The notes under the pieces were generated by a model. That model saw only the letters and a program-made list of their open reading frames with translations. It ran no database searches and had not been told where the DNA came from. Below, one piece after another: positions 53,248-62,162 of a stretch of DNA of 64,000 bases. How positions within the stretch are numbered: position 1 is the stretch's first letter; each line of letters opens with the position of its first letter. The position numbers and the translations under genes are program-made. The stretch is from Patescibacteria group bacterium (GTDB lineage: Bacteria; Patescibacteriota; UBA1384; XYA2-FULL-43-10; 1-14-0-10-43-13): assembly GCA_041674765.1 (NCBI GenBank), contig JBAYVE010000001.1:2321-66320 (forward strand), written 5' to 3'.

Positions 53248-54540
53248 ATGAAAAAAGATATCAGGAATTTAGTAAAAAAGCATTTCAAGGCTCAATCAAA
53301 TAACGGCGCGATACCTGTCAGCCGGAAGATTTTTGACGAGGAGGAGCTGGGAAATTTGATCGAGGCATCGCTAGAAGGATGGTGGACTGAAGGAAAATGG
53401 GCGGCCCTTTTTGAAGACAAACTGAAAGAGTTCTTGGGTGTGAAGTTTGTCCATGCGGTCAACTCCGGCTCATCAGCCAATTTGCTTGCCTTCTCAGCCC
53501 TTTGTTCGCCATCTTTAGGGGAACGCCAGTTAAAGCCAGGGGATGAGGTAATAACGCTTGCTGCCGGATTTCCAACGACTGTGAATCCGATCATCCAAAA
53601 CAGTTGTATCCCCGTCTTTGTTGATATTGATCTCGCAACGTATGATATTGATGTTTTGGAAATGGAAAAGGCTCTCTCCAAGAAGACAAAGGCAGTAATG
53701 ATCGCACATACACTTGGCAATCCTTTCAATATCAAATCGGTCAAAAAGTTTTGCCGTGAAAATAATCTCTGGCTGATCGAGGATAATTGCGATGCTTTGG
53801 GGTCGGAATACGCTGGTAAAAAAACAGGCACATTTGGTGATATTGCCACTCTTTCCTTCTATCCGGCTCATCATATCACGACCGCTGAGGGTGGCGCAGT
53901 TATCACCAATAACGCGAAACTATCTAAAATTCTTGTTTCTATCAGGGATTGGGGACGTCATTGTTGGTGTAAAACTGGCACTGACAATACCTGCAAAAAC
54001 CGTTTTAGTTGGCAATTAGGTCAGTTGCCAACCGGCTATGATCACAAATATATCTATGGTGAGCTCGGCTACAACCTAAAACTGAGCGATCTTCATGCTG
54101 CGATTGGTGTCGCTCAAATGGATAAATTAGATAATTTTATCAAAAAGAGGCGTGAAAATTTCAATTATTTATCTCAGAAGTTTGCTTCTTTGGACAATTA
54201 TTTTGCTCTTCCGAAGGCGACAAAAAACGCCGATCCTTCTTGGTTCGGCTATCTTTTGAGGATTACTGACGACAGCATTGACCGAGAAGATCTGCTTAGA
54301 TTCTTAGATAGTAAGAAGGTAGGGACCAGGCTACTTTTCGCCGGTAATTTGATTAAACAGCCGTATATTGCCGGAAACAAAGGCATCAAATATCGAAAAG
54401 TTGGGAACTTAAAAAATACTGACATAGTAATGAATAGAGTTTTTTGGATTGGTCTCTGGCCAGGGCTCAGCAAAGAAGAGCTTGATTATGCTGTAAAAAT
54501 GATCAGCGATTTTATAAGGGAAAAAAATGGCAAAAGTTAA
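53248..54540 (+). CDS. rfbH: CDP-6-deoxy-D-xylo-4-hexulose 3-dehydrase E1 (RfbH/DdhC), DegT/DnrJ/EryC1-type
   Basis: DegT family fold; active-site His replacing the PLP-Lys: SFYPAHHITTAEGG is diagnostic of E1; N-terminus like RfbH. Confidence 0.85.
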   Translation: MKKDIRNLVKKHFKAQSNNGAIPVSRKIFDEEELGNLIEASLEGWWTEGKWAALFEDKLKEFLGVKFVHAVNSGSSANLLAFSALCSPSLGERQLKPGDEVITLAAGFPTTVNPIIQNSCIPVFVDIDLATYDIDVLEMEKALSKKTKAVMIAHTLGNPFNIKSVKKFCRENNLWLIEDNCDALGSEYAGKKTGTFGDIATLSFYPAHHITTAEGGAVITNNAKLSKILVSIRDWGRHCWCKTGTDNTCKNRFSWQLGQLPTGYDHKYIYGELGYNLKLSDLHAAIGVAQMDKLDNFIKKRRENFNYLSQKFASLDNYFALPKATKNADPSWFGYLLRITDDSIDREDLLRFLDSKKVGTRLLFAGNLIKQPYIAGNKGIKYRKVGNLKNTDIVMNRVFWIGLWPGLSKEELDYAVKMISDFIREKNGKS

Positions 54541-56290
54541 ATTATCGGATTATGTTATATCTTTTTTGGCAGAGCATGAGGTTGGATATGTTTTTGGTTA
54601 TATCGGAGGCGCGATTACTCATCTTGTTGATTCGGCTAGCAAAAATCGAAAGATCAAATTTATTCAGGTTTATCATGAGCAGACGGCTTCTATTGCCGCA
54701 GAGGGATATGCAAGGCAAACTGGTAATATCGGCGTAGCAGCGGCGACTAGCGGACCTGGGGCTACCAATATGGTGACTGGCATCGCCGATGCATATTTCG
54801 ACTCAATCCCAACAATCTATCTTACCGGACAAGTAAACACTTATGAATATAAGTATGACAAAAAAGTCCGGCAGCAGGGCTTTCAAGAAACAGACATCGT
54901 CAGCATCGTCAAACCAGTTACGAAGTATGCCAAACTGGTTGATAAGCCAGAAGAGATCCGTTTCGAGCTAGAAAAAGCTTTCTATCTTGCAAAAGAGGGC
55001 AGGCCAGGGCCGGTTCTTTTGGATCTTCCGATGGATATTCAACGAGCAGAGATTGACCCTGGTAAATTGAAGAAGTTCATTCCGGAAAAATCCCTGCCAA
55101 AAGAGCTGAATCTTCTTAAGATCAAAAAAATGCTTGAAAAAAGCAGCCGGCCGATAATTTTGGCGGGCGGTGGTGCTGTAAATTCTGGGGCCGAGAAGGA
55201 GCTTTTCAGGTTTGCGAAGAAGAATAATATTCCCGTCGTCACTTCGTTGATGGGAAAAGGAAGTTTTCCTGAGGAGCACTCGCTTTTTATCGGCATGATC
55301 GGAAGCTATGGTAATCGTGCCGCGAACATCGCTTTATCGAACGCCGATCTTCTTTTGGCTATCGGTAGTCGGCTGGATACAAGACAGGTCGGTACAAACT
55401 TAAAAAGCTTTTTGAGGTCTGGCCGGATAGTACATATCGACATAGATAAAAATGAATTAAAACACAACAGGCTAAACGGCAGAATTACCTTAAATATCGA
55501 TGCAAAAAACTTTCTCAAAAAAATTAATGATCTAAAGATTGAAAAAAGGGATAGGCCTCTGTGGGTCTCTTACATTAAAAAAATAACGGCTATTTATAAT
55601 CAGAAGGTTGAATCGGAGAGAAGATGCCCGAACAAGACCCCATATGACCTAATGGAAGTATTGAACAAGGTGTCTCTAAAAGACCAGATTTTCACTGTCG
55701 ATATTGGCCAAAATCAGATGTTTGCCGGCCAAGGATTAACAATCAGGGAAAGGCAGCGCTTTTATACCAGCGGCGGAATGGCGCCAATGGGTTATGCTAT
55801 GCCCGTGGCGATCGGAGCCAGTTTTGCTGACAAAAAGAAAAAAATTATTGCCATCACTGGGGATGGAGGTTTTCATATCTCAACGCAATCGCTCATGCTA
55901 ATTTCGCAATATAACCTTCCGATAAAGGTAATAATTCTCAATAATGCCTCTCTTGGGATGATAGTCCAATTTCAGGATTTGTATTTCGACTCAAATGAAG
56001 TAGCAACTACCAAATCCGGAGGCTATTTAGTACCAGATTTTAAAGCCATGTCAGCTGCTTACGGTTTGCCATTTATCAAAATTGGCGATTTGTCTAGGCA
56101 GAGGAAGAGATTAGAGGAGGCTTTGGCCTCTCCTGGCGGCATGATTATCGAGGTAAATACTGGCGGGAAAACAATAGTAGCTCCAAAGCTTGAGGTCAAT
56201 TGTCCGATCGAAGATATGAACCCAAGGCTAGATAAGGCAGAGCTGAGAGATAATATGATTATTGATTTATTCGGCGAAGGCAAGGAGTAG
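54527..56290 (+). CDS. ThDP-dependent acetolactate-synthase-like enzyme (IlvB/AHAS large-subunit family); candidate YerE-like sugar C-branching enzyme
   Basis: N-terminal PYR domain GYIGGAITHLVD...GYARQTGNIGVAAATSGPGATNMVTGIADAYFDSIPTIYLTGQV; ThDP motif ITGDGGFHIS...NNASLGM; embedded between rfbH and a reductase. Confidence 0.8.
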   Translation: MAKVKLSDYVISFLAEHEVGYVFGYIGGAITHLVDSASKNRKIKFIQVYHEQTASIAAEGYARQTGNIGVAAATSGPGATNMVTGIADAYFDSIPTIYLTGQVNTYEYKYDKKVRQQGFQETDIVSIVKPVTKYAKLVDKPEEIRFELEKAFYLAKEGRPGPVLLDLPMDIQRAEIDPGKLKKFIPEKSLPKELNLLKIKKMLEKSSRPIILAGGGAVNSGAEKELFRFAKKNNIPVVTSLMGKGSFPEEHSLFIGMIGSYGNRAANIALSNADLLLAIGSRLDTRQVGTNLKSFLRSGRIVHIDIDKNELKHNRLNGRITLNIDAKNFLKKINDLKIEKRDRPLWVSYIKKITAIYNQKVESERRCPNKTPYDLMEVLNKVSLKDQIFTVDIGQNQMFAGQGLTIRERQRFYTSGGMAPMGYAMPVAIGASFADKKKKIIAITGDGGFHISTQSLMLISQYNLPIKVIILNNASLGMIVQFQDLYFDSNEVATTKSGGYLVPDFKAMSAAYGLPFIKIGDLSRQRKRLEEALASPGGMIIEVNTGGKTIVAPKLEVNCPIEDMNPRLDKAELRDNMIIDLFGEGKE

Positions 56291-57235
56291 ATGAAAATTT
56301 GTATTTTAGGTGCGTCCAGCCATATTGCTCGAGGATTAGTTTTTAATTTTCTCCAAGAAGGAGAGGATGATCTCTACCTATTTGATAAGGGTATTTATTG
56401 TTTCAATAACTATACTGCCGACTTAAGCTCAAAGAAAGTCAGAAAAATCGGTCTATCGGATAAGTTTGAGTCAGTCAATTTTGACGCTATCATAAATTGT
56501 ATAGGGATTGGTGATCCGGCGAAACTGAAGCAGGCCGGTGGATTTATCTTCGACTTGACGGAAAAATTTGACAACAAGATTTTGAAGTATTTAGAAAAAC
56601 ACAAAAGAACGCTTTATATCAATTTAAGCAGCGGCGCCGTTTTCGGAAAATCTGTGAGCAAACCAATTAACAATTCGACGCTTACAACTCTTGATTTAAA
56701 CAATATCCAACCGGAGGATTATTATTCAATCACAAAAATTAATTGTGAGGCTAAGCACCGAGCACATCCGGATCTTAGAATTATCGATCTTCGTGTTTTC
56801 TCATATTTTAGCCGGTTCATCTCGTTGGAGACTGGTTTTTTCATGACTGATGTCATCAACGCACTTTTGGAGGACAGAGTTTTAGAGACACAAAGTGGTG
56901 ATATGGTTCGAGACTTTATTCATCCGAGTGATTTCTTCGCTTTAGTGAAGAAATGCCTTGCGGCTGATGATATTAATGCAGCCTTCGACGTAGTAAGCAG
57001 AAAGCCGGTCAAAAAGACTGAAATTCTAATACATTTCAAGGACAGGTTCGGTCTAAAGTATAAATTCGTGGATAAAGAAGGTTATATTGAGGCAACTGGT
57101 GCTAAGAATTCTTATTTTTCAAAAAATTTGAAGGCCAAAGAGATTCTTGATTTTATTCCGGAGCATAGCTCGCTTCGAGCTCTCGAAATGGAAACGGAAA
57201 CAATATTATTAGGAGCAAAATGCAAAAGAGATTAA
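56291..57235 (+). CDS. NAD(P)-dependent epimerase/reductase-like Rossmann protein (short-chain family)
   Basis: MKICILGASSHIARGL (GxxGxxG-like); YSITKINCEAK (YxxxK). Confidence 0.5.
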   Translation: MKICILGASSHIARGLVFNFLQEGEDDLYLFDKGIYCFNNYTADLSSKKVRKIGLSDKFESVNFDAIINCIGIGDPAKLKQAGGFIFDLTEKFDNKILKYLEKHKRTLYINLSSGAVFGKSVSKPINNSTLTTLDLNNIQPEDYYSITKINCEAKHRAHPDLRIIDLRVFSYFSRFISLETGFFMTDVINALLEDRVLETQSGDMVRDFIHPSDFFALVKKCLAADDINAAFDVVSRKPVKKTEILIHFKDRFGLKYKFVDKEGYIEATGAKNSYFSKNLKAKEILDFIPEHSSLRALEMETETILLGAKCKRD

Positions 57236-58170
57236 TCTCAATCGTAACTCCCTGTTATTGCGAGGAAAAAAATGTAGTTGAAGTCAGCAAGCGCGTGGCC
57301 AAAGTTTTCAAGATTCTAGATAAATATGAATACGAACATATTTTCATCGATAATTGTTCTCCTGATGGTACCGTGAAGATTCTCAAAGGTCTGGCAGCCC
57401 AAGATAAGCATATTAAACTTATCTTAAATGCCAAAAACTTCGGTCATATCCGTTCACCTTTTTATGGCCTTCTGCAGGCTAAGGGAGATGCAGTCATTTT
57501 GCTAGTTTCTGATCTCCAGGATCCGCCTGAGATGATTATTGATTTGATCAAAAAATGGGAAGAGGGATTCAAGATCGTCATCGGGACTAAAAACAAGAGT
57601 GAAGAGAGTCCTGTCATGTTTGCTCTACGGAAGCTCTATTACGGCATGATTAAAAAGATCTCTGAAACCGAGCATATCAAGAACTTTACCGGTTTTGGTC
57701 TCTACGATCAAAAATTTATTGAGGTTTTGCGCCAACTGGATGATCCTTATCCGTATTTTAGAGGTTTGGTAGCTGAGCTTGGTTTCGAACGGGCAGAAAT
57801 AAACTACACACAACCCAAGAGAAAGAGAGGTAAAACCAACAACAATTTTTATACCCTTTATGATATCGGTATGCTGGGCTTCGTCAATCATTCTAAGGTG
57901 CCGATCAGGATCGCCAGTTTTATCGGATTTTGTGCTGCTATCGCCAGTCTCTTGATCGCAGTCGGTTACTTGATTTACAAGATAATGTTTTGGGATAGAT
58001 TTGATTTGGGAACTGCGCCAATGGTAATCGGCCTCTTCTTTTTCGCCTCCGTCCAACTCTTTTTCATCGGTATCATCGGCGAATATATTGGAGCTATTTT
58101 TACCCAAGTTCGAAATCGGCCCCTAGTAATTGAAAGAGAGAGAGTGAATTTTGATAAAAAAAGTTCCTAG
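57220..58170 (+). CDS. gtrB: GT2 polyprenyl-phosphate glycosyltransferase (GtrB/ArnC/DPM1-like) with C-terminal TM helices
   Basis: ISIVTPCYCEEKNV...IFIDNCSPDGT...VSDLQDPPE (DxD-like); two C-terminal TMs. Confidence 0.8.
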   Translation: MQKRLISIVTPCYCEEKNVVEVSKRVAKVFKILDKYEYEHIFIDNCSPDGTVKILKGLAAQDKHIKLILNAKNFGHIRSPFYGLLQAKGDAVILLVSDLQDPPEMIIDLIKKWEEGFKIVIGTKNKSEESPVMFALRKLYYGMIKKISETEHIKNFTGFGLYDQKFIEVLRQLDDPYPYFRGLVAELGFERAEINYTQPKRKRGKTNNNFYTLYDIGMLGFVNHSKVPIRIASFIGFCAAIASLLIAVGYLIYKIMFWDRFDLGTAPMVIGLFFFASVQLFFIGIIGEYIGAIFTQVRNRPLVIERERVNFDKKSS

Positions 58171-58525
58171 TTCGGAATTTATCCGCTTTGTCCTAGTCGG
58201 CATCTTAAATACTCTCTTTGGTTACAGCATCTTTGCCTTGCTTATCTTTTTGCAGTTAAACTACGCCGCCGCTTTGCTGCTGGCCACTATTATGGGTGTT
58301 TTTTTCAATTTCAAGACGATCGGAAAGTTGGTTTTCAAATCCAGCGATAACAAATTGATTTTCCGGTTTGCCGGAGTTTATACTGTGGCGTACCTTTTGA
58401 ACTTAGGATTAATTTTTGCACTTAGTTTTTGGATCTCAAACCGCTATTTAGAGCAGGCCATACTAGCTTTTCCTGTCGCACTTTTTTCATATTATCTAAA
58501 TAAGCGTCTTGTCTTTGCTCGGTAA
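58151..58525 (+). CDS. gtrA: GtrA-family small membrane protein (second copy)
   Basis: FIRFVLVGILNTLFGYSIFALLIF...NKRLVFAR; overlaps the gtrB stop. Confidence 0.6.
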   Translation: MIKKVPSSEFIRFVLVGILNTLFGYSIFALLIFLQLNYAAALLLATIMGVFFNFKTIGKLVFKSSDNKLIFRFAGVYTVAYLLNLGLIFALSFWISNRYLEQAILAFPVALFSYYLNKRLVFAR

Positions 58526-58599
58526 TTATTAATAATTCGCTCCTCCTCTCTTGTGTGCTAATTATGTGTAATTTTATTGCCCTGATATTTGGCCACGCA

Positions 58600-58627
58600 T
58601 TGACAAAATGACCATAAATGCTATTAT
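58600..58627 (+). promoter_or_regulatory. sigma70-like promoter (TTGACA, 16 nt, TATTAT) at the edge of the GC-rich island
   Basis: Hexamers read directly; followed by hairpin CTCGGC-N12-GCCGAG and SD AGGAGG. Confidence 0.35.
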
Positions 58628-58674
58628 GGGATGTTCTCGGCGACCGAAAACATGCCGAGCGCAGGAGGTGTCCA

Positions 58675-59298
58675 TTGGAAAACATTATCAATGTTATCCG
58701 GCAGGTATTATCCTTGCTGGGGCAAATACCCAACATGGCGATTTGTCAGCAAAGCTCGTATGATCGAGCGATGGAGCTTATCAAAAAGACCGGCGGCTTG
58801 CTGCTCGGTCTAGTCCCCAGAGGTATGCCTCTTGGGACTGAACTGTTTGAGGGCGTTGCCGCCCTTTCCATATCCGTAGCCTACGAAATGGTCGTTTTCC
58901 GAACAGGCCAAGACGGTCGAGTCGAGGTCTATATGACGAAGCGCACGGATGATGACCCGGCTTACCCGGGTGAATGGCACTGTCCGGGGACGGTCAGAAG
59001 GCCTTGGGAATCGCCGGCGGACGCGATCGAGCGCCTGGCGCAACGGGAGTTTGGCGCTCGTATTATCAGCTATAAAATCGTCGGGATGATCGACGATTAT
59101 GCCGAGAAGCGGGGGCATTTCTACACTCCAGTTTGTATCGGCCATCTTGACGGCGAGCCTACCAGCCCTCGAGGGGATTGGTTCCCGGTCGATCAGCTTC
59201 CCGAGAACACGGTCAAGCATCATTCCGTGGGTGTTGTGCCGTGCGCTCTAGAGTGGCGGGATCTTCCGGATATTCCGATCATGGAGATCCGAGCATAA
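58675..59298 (+). CDS. NUDIX-like hydrolase-fold protein (degenerate Nudix box), encoded in a GC-rich island; probable TTG start with perfect SD
   Basis: AGGAGG 6 nt upstream of TTG 58675 (ORF track begins at 58618); ...GRVEVYMTKRTDDDPAYPGEWHCPGTVRRPWESPADAIERLAQREFGA resembles the Nudix fold but departs from GX5EX7REUXEEXGU. Confidence 0.35.
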   Translation: MENIINVIRQVLSLLGQIPNMAICQQSSYDRAMELIKKTGGLLLGLVPRGMPLGTELFEGVAALSISVAYEMVVFRTGQDGRVEVYMTKRTDDDPAYPGEWHCPGTVRRPWESPADAIERLAQREFGARIISYKIVGMIDDYAEKRGHFYTPVCIGHLDGEPTSPRGDWFPVDQLPENTVKHHSVGVVPCALEWRDLPDIPIMEIRA

Positions 59299-59318
59299 CG
59301 CCGGAACATGTGTATGGG

Positions 59319-59347
59319 GGCGGCTGTAAAAGGCTGCCTCTTTTTTT
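59319..59347 (+). terminator. Rho-independent terminator (GGCGGC-tgtaaaag-GCTGCC then TCTTTTTTT)
   Basis: 6-bp stem with one G-U pair plus T7 run immediately after the NUDIX-like gene. Confidence 0.55.
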
Positions 59348-59456
59348 AAACAACCCATCACATGGGGCGTTTGAAGCAAACCTTATCTTCGCTTGAAAAA
59401 AGGGTCGTCTTTCGGTATTCTCTAAATAAGCTTAAAGTTAATCTCTATTTTCACCT

Positions 59457-60614
59457 ATGGCAGAGAAAAGAAAAGTCTGTGTAGTTGTGGCCAGCCGGGC
59501 AAACTACGGACGAGTTAAATATTTGATGAAGGCGGTCAAGGAGCATCCACAACTAGAACTCCAGTTGATTGTTGGGGCCTCTACTTTGCTCTACCGCTTC
59601 GGTAAAGCAGTCGATATTATCAAGAAGGACGGTTTTACGCCTTCGAGAAATCTTTATTATGTCGTTGAAGGTGATACTTTAGCGACGCAATCGAAGTCTG
59701 CAGGGCTTGGTATTCTCGAACTTTCCTCCGCTTTTGAGGATCTGCAGCCCGATGTGATTGTTTCTGTCGCTGATCGTTTTGAGACGATGGCCACGGCTGT
59801 TGCCGCTACCTATCAAAATATTCCATTAGCCCATCTCCAAGGAGGAGAGATTAGCGGAAATATTGATGATCGAGTTCGACATGCCATAACAAAGCTGGCC
59901 GATATCCATTTTGTTGCCAGCGATGAGTCAAGAAATCGTGTTATCAAAATGGGTGAAGACCCAGATTATGTTTTAAATTATGGCTGTCCGGCAATGGACA
60001 TTTTGAAAAACGAAGATCTGGCAATCAGTAATCAAGGCATGGTTCAATATGGCGGGGTCGGATCTAAGGTTGATTGGAGAAAACCTTATGTTCTAATGGT
60101 TCAGCATCCTGTCACTACCTCATACGGCAAGGGCTTCGATCAAGTCAATGAAACTCTTTGCGCGTTGGAAAAATTTCCGGAACTTCAAAAGATTGTACTC
60201 TGGCCGAATATTGATGCCGGCACTGATGATGTATCCAAAGCGATTAGAATATTCCGTGAAAAGCATATGGAGGATAACTTCCATTACTTCCGCAACTTTT
60301 CACCAGAGGATTATGCCCGTGTTCTAAATAATGCTCTCTGCGCTGTCGGCAACTCCAGCAGTTTTATTAGAGAAGCTGCTTATCTTGGCGTTCCTGCCGT
60401 GATTGTTGGCGATCGTCAGAGGGGAAGAGAGCACGGCTCAAATGTTGTCTTTGCTGACTACAATTCAGAGAATATCGGCAAAAATGTCACGAGTCAGTTG
60501 AATCACGGACGTTATAAGAGCGACCAAATCTTTGGCCGGGGCGATGCCGGTAAGAGGATTGCGGATAAATTAGCGACTGTTAAATTTACCGCCATTAAAA
60601 AGATAATGTATTAA
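59457..60614 (+). CDS. neuC: UDP-N-acetylglucosamine 2-epimerase (hydrolysing), NeuC/LegG-type
   Basis: KVCVVVASRANYGRVKYLM...PDVIVSVADRFETMATAVAATYQNIPLAHLQGGEISGNIDD... Confidence 0.8.
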   Translation: MAEKRKVCVVVASRANYGRVKYLMKAVKEHPQLELQLIVGASTLLYRFGKAVDIIKKDGFTPSRNLYYVVEGDTLATQSKSAGLGILELSSAFEDLQPDVIVSVADRFETMATAVAATYQNIPLAHLQGGEISGNIDDRVRHAITKLADIHFVASDESRNRVIKMGEDPDYVLNYGCPAMDILKNEDLAISNQGMVQYGGVGSKVDWRKPYVLMVQHPVTTSYGKGFDQVNETLCALEKFPELQKIVLWPNIDAGTDDVSKAIRIFREKHMEDNFHYFRNFSPEDYARVLNNALCAVGNSSSFIREAAYLGVPAVIVGDRQRGREHGSNVVFADYNSENIGKNVTSQLNHGRYKSDQIFGRGDAGKRIADKLATVKFTAIKKIMY

Positions 60615-60621
60615 GGATTTT

Positions 60622-61473
60622 ATGAAAAAAGGCATGACTGGGGATGAATCCTTATTTGAAAAGAACTGGCAGACTAGAGAAGAGAGCTACTACAATCATT
60701 GGACTAAGGATGAACCAGCCAATCAAATTCAGTTCGCCTTTCGTAACCATTGGGAAGTTTTTCAGGAATTGATGAGGGATAATCATTTTAATAAAGGAAG
60801 ACGCTGCTTAGAAGTGGGCTGTGGGCGAGGCAGTATCTCGGCTTATTTTGCAGATGCGGGATTCGATTGTACCTTGCTTGATGTGTCTCCAGACGTAATA
60901 GAGATTGCCAGAAAAATTTATAAGAAGAATAATTTGAAAGCGAAGTTTGTTGTCGGGGATGCCAACGATCTGCCATTCTCTGAAGGATCGTTTGATATTG
61001 TAGTTTCGATTGGACTTTTGGAACATTTCGAAAATTTTGATAAAACAATTGGCGAACAAGTCAAAATGTTGGCGCCAGGAGGATTATTTCTTGGCTATAT
61101 AGTGCCAAAATATACGGACAATATCCAAAAAGATTATGAATGGATTAACCAGGTACTAAAGGGATATAAAAAGGAAGGTCGCATAGCCTCGAAAGAGGAG
61201 GTCTTCCGCTCAGACACACCCTCGTCAGTTTATTTGAAAGCAATGAAAGCATCGGGCCTAGAGGCATCAAAGTCGAGCGGTATTTATTCTGTTCCAATGA
61301 TTTCTCACTCCATCGATTTCCCTTTTTCTTTAATGCCCGAGGAAAGTGAAAAAGCACTGCTCTTGCATTTTAAAAAGTTATTCGCAGAGAGAAAGAAAAA
61401 ATCTGATAAGCATCCTTGGCTTTGCAAAGAGGGCTTCGGCCAGTCATTTCTAGTTTGGGGATATAAGAAATGA
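60622..61473 (+). CDS. Class I SAM-dependent methyltransferase
   Basis: RCLEVGCGRGSISAYFADAGFDCTLLDVSPDVIEIARK...DLPFSEGSFDIVVSIGLLEHF. Confidence 0.8.
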   Translation: MKKGMTGDESLFEKNWQTREESYYNHWTKDEPANQIQFAFRNHWEVFQELMRDNHFNKGRRCLEVGCGRGSISAYFADAGFDCTLLDVSPDVIEIARKIYKKNNLKAKFVVGDANDLPFSEGSFDIVVSIGLLEHFENFDKTIGEQVKMLAPGGLFLGYIVPKYTDNIQKDYEWINQVLKGYKKEGRIASKEEVFRSDTPSSVYLKAMKASGLEASKSSGIYSVPMISHSIDFPFSLMPEESEKALLLHFKKLFAERKKKSDKHPWLCKEGFGQSFLVWGYKK

Positions 61474-62162
61474 AATATTTGGTCATTATTCCAGCGAGAG
61501 GCGGCTCCAAAGGCATCAAGGATAAAAATATTATTGATGTAAAAGGTAAGCCTCTGATTTGGTACTCTATTAATGCTGCGAATAAGTTAGTATCCGAGGG
61601 CCTGGTGTCGGAAGTTGTTGTCTCTACAGATAATGAAAAGATTGCAGAGATTGCTCGAGAGTGCGGAGGCAATGTGCCTTTTTTGCGTCCGGCCGAGATA
61701 TCGGGAGATAAGGCAAAATCCATTGATTTTGTTCTACACGCTCTAAATTTTTATGAACAGCAGGGCTTGTCTTTCGACGCGGTAATCATCCTTCAACCAA
61801 TAGCTCCACTTCGAACTTTTGAGGATATAAAAGAGGCAGTAATTCTTTTCAATAAGAACAAAGTCGATTCTCTCATATCTGTTTATGAGGAGGAGGGTAT
61901 CGATGATTTGGTCCTTTATTATAGAGACGGGGACAGGGCGGTTCCGCTTAATGCTAATCACAACAATGGAAACCGTCGTCAAGATGCCCCCAAAATTTAT
62001 ATGCGGAATGGAGCCATTTATATTGCTAGGACCGATTTTATTAAGACTGGGCACAAGCTAATCGCCGATCAGCCTTTGATGTTAGAAATGCCAAAAGAGA
62101 GATCTATCAATCTCGATGAACCCAAGGATTTAGAGAAATTGAAAGAAATTTTATGCAAATAG
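61470..62162 (+). CDS. neuA: Acylneuraminate cytidylyltransferase family (CMP-NeuAc/CMP-legionaminate/pseudaminate synthetase)
   Basis: VIIPARGGSKGIKDKNI...KPLIWYSI...VVVSTDNEKIAEIA... Confidence 0.85.
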   Translation: MKYLVIIPARGGSKGIKDKNIIDVKGKPLIWYSINAANKLVSEGLVSEVVVSTDNEKIAEIARECGGNVPFLRPAEISGDKAKSIDFVLHALNFYEQQGLSFDAVIILQPIAPLRTFEDIKEAVILFNKNKVDSLISVYEEEGIDDLVLYYRDGDRAVPLNANHNNGNRRQDAPKIYMRNGAIYIARTDFIKTGHKLIADQPLMLEMPKERSINLDEPKDLEKLKEILCK

